Shown in pieces: positions 40,501 to 52,500 of a DNA stretch of 64,000 nucleotides; position 1 is the first letter of the stretch; every line of letters begins with the position of its first letter. A program made the position numbers and the translations under genes. The stretch is from Antedon mediterranea. Lineage: Eukaryota > Animalia > Echinodermata. The stretch covers positions 13,959,045 through 14,023,044 of the forward strand of contig NC_092680.1 in assembly GCF_964355755.1 (NCBI RefSeq). Reading direction: 5' to 3'. The notes under the pieces were generated by a model. The model ran no database searches, had not been told where the DNA came from, and was given only the letters and a program-made list of their open reading frames with translations.

Positions 40501-43500
40501 TTTCAAAATTTTCAAAAGTCTTTGCGTTTTGCGCACGTACAGCTTGTACAAAGCGTATGTGCATGTTGACTTTAATAACCGTGTGCTAAATAGGTAAATT
40601 AAGGCAAATTTCTTACCCATCCATATAACGTCTCGCTTCTACATTATCCAGAGCGTTTACAACTATGTCCATTGATTCAAAGAACGCATCATTAAAAAAC
40701 TCCTTCTCAGTTTCTTGGCAAACTAAAATGTACATTATTAAACGACTTTAATGTTACCCATTATCATAACGATGACAAGGTTGTTGATATTTGGTCATAT
40801 CATGCAGACATTTTAAAGTACAAGCATCTTTTGGGGGGATTTTAAAGATTTTTATAAACTCACCTAATTACATATATGACCTAAATATGACCTATAGTAG
40901 ATATTAATTACTGTTTTGTTCCCACGCGTAACCTTTCGTAGCCTATGTGGGGGCACTGTTTTTTTATCGCAAACCTTTTGATCGCAATCTCACACACTTC
41001 CACAAAAGGTATTGTTTTTTGATAGCGATACTACACGCTCCCACCCGCTACCACGGGAAGGTATTGTTTTTTGATTGGGATAATACGAGAGGCTTTGTTT
41101 TGCTATGCCTCCAATGGAAGGGCGTTAAATATAAACCATTGTTACCAGCTATCAAAAGAGAACAATGCTAGTATAATAACCCAACTTGAATCAACAAGTT
41201 CTACCCCTCCAATTACGCCCGAATAGGCCTATGCCTTGCTACATAGGTTTTTTTGATTTTTTTGGTAGGCCTATCTAGTTAAGGAGTTGGGTAGTTGAGT
41301 GGTAGGACATTTGATTGTCATACAGAGAGACCTGGGTTCAATTCCCGACAACTCCCAGTCTACTCAGCTGTAAATGAGTACCTGGTTGAAAGAAAGGATA
41401 AGGTGGTGTGAAAATTAACTGACCACTCTACCACATAATGCCAAGGCTTAGGTAAAATGAACTCCTAACAGCTCATTACCCTATGTTCAGAATTGAATAT
41501 TAACTTTTACTAACTAATACTGCACTTTTTAAACATTGTTAAACTCTGGGCCAAGCTAGTTAGGCAAAATAAATATATCGAGCGTAACTGCTGTATTTTT
41601 CAATCATTGTTGCCCTTGATTCATTGAAAACAATGGTGTTTATAACACATTATGATAGACGCGTGGCAAAACAATGTCTCTTGTAAGATCGTGATAAAAA
41701 CAAAATACCTCGAAGCAATGCGTAGCCACAAAGTAGCCATAAAGCTGTAACATGGGTTATTTTGCAGTAATTTTTATCTGTAATGTATGTTACAATATTA
41801 CATACGCTATAATTGTAAAAATATACTGTACCTTTGTTTTGATGGGCAACTATGGTTAATGCTAAATATAAAAAAATATTAATTAACAGCAATTCTATCT
41901 ATATGTTTGTTTAAAAAAATGATTCTATAGTTTGGTTTTTAAACAAAACCAGAGATTAAATAGATAGTTATATAAAGAATCCAATGAATTAGCCTACAAA
42001 TTGTATACAGCATCCTATATATTTTGAGAAAGAATGCAATGATCTATACATTAGAAATGTATATAGTCAATTCAATTTTTAAGTATAAAAAAAATAAAAC
42101 TTCAAAAAACACAGGGCATATACAGAAATATCTAGATATGATTATTTTCATCTTGTTTCGGGTTGCTTTCAAATTTTGCTGCAACTGGCAAAAATATGAT
42201 ATACTGTATAAATGAGCATGATACATACCTGGGTTGATATTCTTTGCAGACTCTGCCCCTGTTGTTGATTTTGGTTTCTAAACAATGACAATATTTTAGT
42301 TACTTTGATTATTATTTGTAGAAGCTTACAAAAAAAGTGGAGGAAACTGATTTAATTTTACACTAAAAACGATGAAAAGTAGACTGAATAGTAGAAGACA
42401 GAAATAATAATGACATGGAACAATCTAAATCATAGATTAGAACCTCACAATTTGATAGCTTAAACAAACAGGAGTAATTTCTCTACCAAAATTGGTTCTT
42501 CATCCATAGTCTTAAAATTCAAATTTATTCTAGACTCAATTTATTCTGTCATGGAGTTAGGTTTATTCTACATCCCCACCAACATTATGGACATTTGAGG
42601 ATGAAACAGAAAGAATATAACAAATTATATGTTCTATTTACCTGGATATGCTTTGGTCTAAAGAGAAACTGCCGATTCAAATTAGATTTTTCAATTAGAT
42701 CGTTGTCTGTTATGGTGATCTGTAAATTTAATCATATAAATGTAAAATATTGGTAAATTTTAATATGATAGTGAGATAGTAAGAATTACTATCTTATTTT
42801 GTATTTTTATGTTAATTTTTTGGTTTTTACCTTTCCACCCTTACGACCTCCAACACCCAACAGGGCATAGTTTTTGAGCATCTCACAGCCAATGGCACCA
42901 CATCCTACCATAAAGAGATTCAATATTCCAAGCTTGCTCAGAAGGGTTTCTCCAATACAGATTCGAAGTGCATCATAACGGTCACCTCTGTAAACAAATC
43001 ATTATTACAAAATAAATATATAATATATAATATTTTCTTTTAATACATTTTTTTAAAAATTACATTTACAATTACACACAATATCCATTTAAATTTTTTT
43101 TTAAACAGTTTAAATTGAAGGCATATTGTCCAGGATTTGATGCAAAATCACCAGCAATCATAATGAGGATAGTTTGATGAGAATATGCTTCTTTAATCGA
43201 CAAAGTATGGTGGAAATTGTTAGTAGTTGGAATATTGGAGATTTAATTGATAAGTTGTCAGGATTTATAAAAGTAGGAGATGTCCAGTTGTCTCTTGTCA
43301 GGTGATTCATTATGGGTGTGAATTCCTCATCAATTGTTGGTTTACACGTTGTTTGTTAATAATATACACAGAATCACATAAACTGTAATACAATCAACCT
43401 AATTGATGAAGCAATTTTATACCTTTGTTTGAAATCTTGTGCTGGTACAGAACTTGGTTCAGGCAATACCTCTTGGGCGTCAACAAACATCTAAAAAACG

Positions 43501-46500
43501 AGTATCAAAAGAATCTATGGTCAAATAAAACACTTTTTTTACTCCTATTACAAAAAGAACCAGTTTTTCTTTTTAAAAGGGCACCTATAAAAAGAACAGT
43601 GACAATTGAAGGGTAAAAAAAGAAATTTGAAGTTTGGGAATTGTACAGCTAGTAATAATTGGATTGATATTTAACCACAGTAAGCCTACAACACTTTTAC
43701 CATGCACAACGGTATGCTTAACAAATACAATATCTATTACATTGTATATTAAGCTCTATTCTACACTATCAAACTAGTTTAATAAAAAAAAATTTGATTT
43801 GCCCAAATATGGTAGTAATATATGTCCATATTACCCCTAATATCCTACGCATCCTGTATTGCTCTATTATTCTTCCCTATTTGAGTTATTGTAATATTGT
43901 TTGGTGCAACACATACCCCACAAACCTTAATAAATTGCATACCCTCCAAAAGAAGGCTATCAGAATTATATCTGGCGCGCCTCCGCTTTCCCATTCCTCT
44001 CATTTATTTTTAAATCTTAATCTCATCAAACTTAATGATATCAATTTAATTCAACAAACCATTTTTGTCTACTCTGCCTTAAACAACATCCTTCCTCACC
44101 ATCTTTGTTATCTATTTACTTCCAATTCCTTCTTTCATTCCCATCACACACGTACTAAAAATGAATTATCTATACCCTCCCATAGAACAAATTCTTTCCA
44201 ACATAACATTCGATACTCTGGACCAACCCCTATGGAACAACTTACCACCCTACATTTTAAAATCTGCTTCCCCTAAGATACTTCTCTCAAAATTAAAAAA
44301 AAATACACCTTTTCTACTAATTAAATATTTATTAATCGGTCATGTCTTGATCTGCAGTACCAACAGATTTTTTTTTTCTGTTATTTATATTTTAGATTAT
44401 GAAATTTATTATGATTTTCTTCAATGCATTTCTTTTCTTTTTTATTTGTGTTAAGGCTCGCCCAACACAAGATGTTAAAAACATCTTTCAGGGCTTTTGC
44501 CTTCATTTTCTGATATACTTTATAATTCTGTACAATCCTGTTTCTTGTTTTCCTACTGTATGTATTCAGATTTTGTAAATAAATGTCTATTGAATTGAAT
44601 TGAATTTTTGTCACATAAAGTTTGATAGTGTAGATAGAGCTTTATAATACATTTTTTTACATAACATTTTAAACCTACCCATTGATCAAGTGGAGTGTAC
44701 TTAGATGTGACAGCTTTCAGAACCTCTTGCGCAATTACTCCACCAAGGAAGGCTGTCAGAGGAGAGAAGCATCCTTCTGCAGAGTATGCCAGTGCCTTGA
44801 TGGCATCAGTGTCAAGTGTCTGCTTGTTCACAAGGGAGGTATTAACTTCTTTTGCTATAGATACTAACTCACAAGCATCATCTTCATCTCTGAATGAAAA
44901 GTATATATCAAAATGAATACTGACTTAAAATATTTTATTGTGAAGTACAGACTGTCTGATGCTTTAAGTGCATGATTTTAAATGTGTCAAATGTTATATA
45001 TTCAGATGTTCAGACGTAATTTGAAACAGAAAGATGAACAACAAATCATTGGTGGATATCAAAATATCTATTTTCATATCAACAAAATGACACTTAACAT
45101 TCAACATATAATACCGCAAAATACCGTAAAATGTTGGGAAAAGTTGTCCCTTTTTTGCTGTTCCTCTGCATTCGAGCAAATAAAATTTATCTTAAGAGCT
45201 GGATTCTTAAATCAATTATTTATTATGAACTACGATTCAAACTAATTTATTATTTAATGTGGAGTAAATATTCACAGTCTTAACATCTTTTTATTTGCTA
45301 TTTTATAATATAGAACTCAAAATGTAATAAGTTTATCTTGTCTTTTAATATGTCAATTTAAACGGATATATAGTATTAAATTTTACCTAAATCATTTATA
45401 ATAATATGAATGCATGTACGCAATTGTAGATATTATTTAATACTACTATACAGAATAAAATAAAGGTACAGTATGATAAAAAATAATAATCTGCTGTGTG
45501 GGGCTAAAGGTAGGTGCGCACATAGCAAAGCATGAGCCTTTCTGCTGTGTGGGGCTAAAGGTAGGTGCGCATATAGCAAAGCATGAGCCTTTCTGCTGTG
45601 TGGGGCTAAAGGTAGGTGTGCATATAGCAAAGCATGAGCCTTTCTGCTGTGTGGGGCTAAAGGTAGGTGCGCATATAGCAAAGCATGAGCCTTTCTGCTG
45701 TGTGGGGCTAAAGGTAGGTGTGCATATAGCAAAGCATGAGCCTTTCTGCTGTGTGGGGCTAAAGGTAGGTGTGCATATAGCAAAGCATGAGCCTTTCTGC
45801 TGTGTGGGGCTAAAGGTAGGTGTGCATATAGCAAAGCATGAGCCTTTCTGCTGTGTGGGGCTAAAGGTAGGTGTGCATATAGCAAAGCATGAGCCTTTCT
45901 GCTGTGTGGGGCTAAAGGTAGGTGTGCATATAGCAAAGCATGAGCCTTTCTGCTGTGTGGGGCTAAAGGTAGGTGTGCATATAGCAAAGCATGAGCCTTT
46001 CTGCTGTGTGGGGCTAAAGGTAGGTGTGCACATAGCAAAGCATAAGCCTTTCCCGTTGCCTCACTGAATTAAATTACTGTATTTATATATTATGCATAAA
46101 GTACATATTAACATAGTTTTTTTTTTTTCAATCATAGTTTCATTTTATTGTGTTTTCTCAATTTGGTCATCTTGATGTGGTGGTGATGATGAGGATAGTT
46201 CCAAAACTAGTGATCAAATGATGTGATAATAAGAAAAATTGATGATAATGGAAACAACAATCCTGATGGAGATGACAGGATAATGATAATGATTATCATC
46301 ATGAAGATAACAAAAGAATGGCATTGATGAAAATTATTATGGTTTTACATAATAATCACAATGCCTGATGATAATGATATAATCAAGAAATATTAAAGGA
46401 TTAGCAATGGAAAAAGAATTTGACAATTTTTTATACCTGACCGATGGTAATCTGCCGTGTTTGTCTTGAAAGTTAAGTAATGCAATGGTTGCCAAGTGAT

Positions 46501-49500
46501 CCATGTTTGGATCTTTTAAGAAGTCTAACATCATGACACTCGGTTTGAGAACCTGCTGGGCCAACGATTCCTATTAAAAAATGATTCAATTCTTTGAACA
46601 ACTTACGCATTTCAAAACTGACATTTATGTTGAAAGCATACTATAATTTGATCTACGGTATTTGTCATATTAGACATATATGTAAAAACAGAATTTAATT
46701 TAACTGAGTAACTTTGATTGATTATAAGAGCTTACAGGTATTTTAACTTATTTTATTAACAATTGTGAAATATAATTAAAGTTTTAAGTACAAATACTAT
46801 TTCCGTTTCTATGACATTAATTTTTTTTTGGATCCTAGGAAATTTTGTGAAGGAAGGCAACAACTAATACACTAAAAAATACATCTTATTTCTCTTAAAA
46901 AGTAGTAATTGAGTATTTTTAAAAGTACAGTATTAATTGTTTTTTTTTTATTGAAGCAAACATTTAAGAGGATTGTATCAGGAATCAGGAAGAGAAAACA
47001 ACTTTTAATCGAGTGAACCTTTGAGACTTTGTGTGACCTTTAACACAAAATCATGGAGTTATGCAATGAGCACTGGAATCGGAATATATACCATTAGATA
47101 GAACAAATCAATTGCTGGATGAATTGTACTTGACAGCACGAATCATTAAAATATATGCTTTCTAAACTAAAGATTAAATAGAATGTGTAATCATCATCAA
47201 GTGAACCTCTTTACACTGTGCCAGAGTCAGGACTTAAATCAAAACTCTGGCATTTGAAAGTGATAAAATCGGTCCTTTAAAATCGGTTACAAAATATTTT
47301 CTAGTGGATCATGATGAGTTCACATGGGCTTACTTTTATTCTCCAGACACAATAATATATTTTAATTTATCATTTCTATTTCATAGTGTTATACATTTCT
47401 TTATTTATGAAAAAAAATATTATGAACAAAAATTGTAATGCTGGCTTTACCAGCCAGGACCGGGGTAACTGACTACTTGTCTCGAAAGACATACTAGGTT
47501 CACAAGCAATTATACTGGACCAACAGTTTGTAGCCCTTATCCAAGATGCCTTGTTCTACCACCAAAACCATAGAGCGATTGAGCCTCAAACCCTTGCCAA
47601 TGTTATGGTTATGGATTACGGGTCCACTGCCTGAACCATTCGGCCACTCACTCACTCTTCCACTGTCTTATCTGTTCAGCCACTCACTCACATACATGAG
47701 TTTCACCAACTGGAGATGCTTAGCGCTTTAGGTATAGGTATTAGTTAATGCCTGCACACACATTGATACTTACAAATTTCCTTTTAACTGGTATTTTGAC
47801 TTGACAGGCTATTCCTCCATCTGTATGAGGTTGATATTCATTCCCGCTGGTATCACATATACTGTATGCATATGGGGTAATCACTGAAAATCAATATTTA
47901 ATCAACAGTTGCATTACAACAATGTTTTGGGGGTGGGGATGAGTAGTGAAGCTTTATGTAGGAAAACTTTACTGTACATATACATAGTAGGTAAAAATAA
48001 ACATACAGACTCCTGACGCCAGTCTGAGATATTTGTGAAAATCTAAATATAGATATATAAGAAATACATTGCAATGTATTGATTTTTGCACTATTTTTTA
48101 TCTATCTGTCTGCGTAATTATGATTATGCTTAGGTTTGCTGGTCTAGTCTTCCTAATATTTTTTTTAACATTTCATTATTCTTTCTCACTGGGTAAGAGT
48201 TCAAACCAAATAGTAATGGTAAGATGGTCAGTTGGTTGTACATGAGAATGAAATAAATTAAAGCTGTCTTCCCGGCATAGCCGCCAACAAGATCGGAAGC
48301 AGCAGATTAGTTTACAACAGAGAAGGTGTTTTATTATACAAATAATAAATGTTTACGAGTTGGATGGTAAGAATATTTCATGATTTGACAAACTGACTAC
48401 TCTATTTTTAACGAGAATAAAAATAAAATATTCTCAACGAATACAAACCATTCATTATTTGTTTTGTAATACACCTACTTCTATTCAAAGAGGACTGCTC
48501 CAAATACGCGAAAAAATAATGCTATCAGTCAACAGCGTCACATGGTAACAATTTTCAGTTTACAGAAATCTGAACATGCATTAGGTATTTATGGTATGGT
48601 AGGTATGATATAAAAACAAATAATGAATATAATATTTCATTCATATTTGTATACCAATCCATTATGTAAATCTCCACCACAATTCAAGGCTATAGGCTTA
48701 GCCAGAGCATGTATGCTATTTTAAACAACAACATGACACTGAGCTTGCATTGTCAAGATAGGAACATTACTTTGATCTTATGTCGGGACATAATACCAAT
48801 TGTACTGTTTTGTAGCAACATATAAACTCTTTGTGATCTCCAGAGCTCAGAATCCTGTTGTTAGATTGCCATTGGTTTAATATCCTACCTTTTATCTGAT
48901 GCATTTCTCCATTCAGTTTCTCCATACCATTCACTTCTTTAAAAGTGATGTAATCCTAATATCCTACCTTTTATCTGATGCATTTCTCCATTCAGTTTCT
49001 CCATACCATTCACTTCTTTAAAAGTGATGTAATCCTAATATCCTACCTTTTATCTGATGCATTTCTCCATTCAGTTTCTCCATACCATTCACTTCTTTAA
49101 AAGTGATGTAATCCCCATCATCAAATTTATGCATACGGTTGTCAAGGCAAGTAACGACACCAGGATTTTCCTGTAAAACAAAAAACACAATTTAAAAATT
49201 GGATGTTTAAAATCAATTTATTCTATTTTATTGTTTTTCTAATTTCACTTTATTTTTAAACAAAGATTTTACCTCATAAACTTATGCAATTTACTCATAG
49301 AGCAGAAGGGCCTGTTTTTTCTGCAAAAAATTAACCGCCAGGACCAATTGCATTTTGGGTAATTCTAATGATTTTTGTCAACAGCCACCCACTGATTTAA
49401 CCGGTTATTTCGGAGCACAAATTGAGCAAAAACTTGTTATTTTTAATCTATTTTAAAATAAACGGTTAATTTTTTAGTTATGCAGAAGAAACAGACCATA

Positions 49501-52500
49501 AGATATAATAAACAAAATTCAATTGAATTTTATTCCAGTAAACAATTTTTTACTTGCCGAATATTTAAAAACAGATTCCCTGCAATTTATGACAGTTTGC
49601 ATTATATACATCACTTTTAAAACATAAAACTTAAATTTACGTTTGGTTAATTATGATAAAAAGAGAAAACCAATGTAACATTCTCTACTTTACCTAGCCG
49701 CTTATCAATGCCTTGGCTAATTTGTATGCTCTAAACCTAGCCTGGGTAACAACAAAATCTTGTTAAACATACTATTGGCAGACTAGCAAAACATGTTTTA
49801 GGAGTCTAATCTAATTGCCACTTAGTTAATTCTAAAACTGCAATGTTAGCATTAAATATTCATAGACAAAAGTTTAGCAATGTAGAGGAATTTTAAGTTA
49901 ATGCAAAGACTAGGTGATAATTAATCTGTGTGCATTCTGCATTCTCCAGGACATCACTGGGCTATTTTGCCCATTTATCTATTTATATATTAATATCAAC
50001 ATACCAATTCCTTAAAATATAACATTATACAAAATAGTATGATCCAATTCATATTTTAATACATTTACAGAACTAGAAAATCAAGGTCATTTATTGAAAT
50101 AAGTAACAAGTAATAATACTGATATAGGCCGTCAGAATTCAACAACAGCATTGCTATATTTTTAAAACTTGAATGAAATGTATATCTCTTTTGAAAATGG
50201 CTCAGACTCCTTAAGTCCAGAATATAATTGTCACTTTAAAATGTGTAAATATCATTTCATTTAAATGAGATCTTTCAATTTATACTTTTTTTTCAGTGGT
50301 TAGATGTTACCACAGAATAATATCTTTCCTATGTCCGCTTTTGTGCCCTTCATGTCTACTTGATATCCTTACTTTAAAGCACCTGCAAGTGCTTACAAAA
50401 AAAACCTCATAACCACAATAATGTGTTTACAAGGAACTGCAAATATTCTGACTGTAGGATTTATGTAGTTTTTTCATCATGAGGGTTTAGTTTTATGTAC
50501 GATAACATAACAGGCTTGCCTTTTTGCTAGACCTATTATCATATAAACAATCATTCCACATGAATATGGTTAATAATTTACGCAAAGTATTGGATCCAAT
50601 TTATTCTATTATTGGTGCCATTTGAAGAATTTTGTAAATTAAATGTTTAGCAAGTTGGAAATTTAACTACATACATGTATATAATTTAATCTTTAATACA
50701 TGATCATAAAAATCTATAAATTAAGTAGGCCCTGCTAAATCACAAAATCTTAAAAGTTAATTCACTATAGGACCCTAAGGATCAATCATACCTCATTTGC
50801 CTAACTCAGAGTTTTTACTTTATCATGAGATCGTAAACTACCCAGAGCACAAACCTCTATGTTAGTTCCAATACTTTAAGTAATATAAATGAAGATGATA
50901 AACATTTATTTTTTCTTTGTAAAGAAGCAAACAAATATGCATTTTATAATTTTATATAACATTGCAATTGGTTGGTGACATTTTCATGTTGATCATACTT
51001 TTTCTATTGGTGTTTTGTGTATAAAGAAGGCATACTTTAAATTATTTACACACACAGGTGAGCCAACACCGACATTTTGTATGGTGTAATCAATAATCTG
51101 ATTATTGAATAAAGAGCTTTTTAAAAATTTAAAAATTGTTTCGTTTCAGTACAACTTTATTTGACAATGTCGGACACAAGCCAATTTGAAACTATAAAAT
51201 TATTGAAATTGTTCATGCATAATAAATAGTTTTTTTTTACTTGGGAACTTCGGATGTTCCTTAAAATTAAATTACAATGAGATTGTCTTTAAATGGACAA
51301 TAACAAACACTGCTACAAACTGCCCTACTTATCATAACTTGTTATTGAATCAAATTTGGCAATGAAACATATTTATTGTAAACATCACATTTAACATATT
51401 TTTCTTTTTCTAAGAATTGTATTTTGAGACAAAATATAACTACTGTATTGTTTTGAAGAATAAAAACATATGCTTTGAAAAACATATTTATTAATAATTT
51501 TAGAGTATCGGTACTTTTTAATAGATAATTAAGATAATTAATCAACTCTTTCATGCACCCTTGTTTCCTTTGGCTTTGACTGGATAATGATACTGAATTT
51601 CTTTATTGTCCATAAAATATGAAAATACATTTGAATTTTTCTGATATTATGATTGCACCTACTAATATTAAGTAATAAATTGTCATATTAAAAAAATGTT
51701 ATTTGTTGGTATGCATGTCTTCAACACTAAGTGAATTTGACACAGTCAAGTCCTACACATTAACAGAAAGTGACATTACAATAGAGAACATGTAGGCTAA
51801 GCAAATGAACTTAATGTTATAACTTTAAAAGACAAACATTTGGCTAATTTATGACTTACAGTATCAACTCTTGGAGGCTGCACATTTTTATTTCTTTGCT
51901 TTAAAAAAGCCAATAGCCTTGAAAATGTGCTCACTAAAAACACACCTATATTGATGTTAATGTTAATGTTGTTCGACTTATAAAGCGCGTATACAATCAA
52001 AAGATTGTCCCAAAGCGCTGAGAGAAAAAACAGAAAGAAATTACAAAGGAAAAAAATGGGTTTTTGTAATAAATTACCATTCCCTAACATATAGAGTAAC
52101 ATAGTATTTACATGAACATTCTAGAATAAGATGTTTTGATTTAATAAACCATGTATAATTAATAAGAACAATCAAGAACATTCCAGAAGTGCTATTAATA
52201 GAAACTGTAATCATGTAATAATGAGAAGTATAAAGAATGATCTAGAAGGATAGGAGCATCTTGTATATAAAGGGTTGTAAACTATTGTAAGGTTGTTGGA
52301 TTAGAGGTTGGATGTTATATTGTAAAGTCATTGTGAAGCTGTTGTTTAAAGTGCTTACTGGATTGTTAAAAGTTGAAGTTGATTGAAATTAAAGCTTTGT
52401 TTTGAGTTATTTTACAACTTTGTGGATTTTGTGTGTATACTTTTATGTCACAAGGGAGTTCCTAAAGTATTTTCAACCGCTCGGAAACATACGTGAGAGG

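Noticed and set aside
45433-46067. 17-aa repeat ORFs, including a Cys/His-rich one resembling a metal-binding protein
   Set aside because: 51-bp VNTR inside a UBA6 intron; the UBA6 frame is complete without it
46170-46380. GAT-rich acidic coding-like stretch
   Set aside because: Degenerate (GAT)n low-complexity sequence with stops and no splice support
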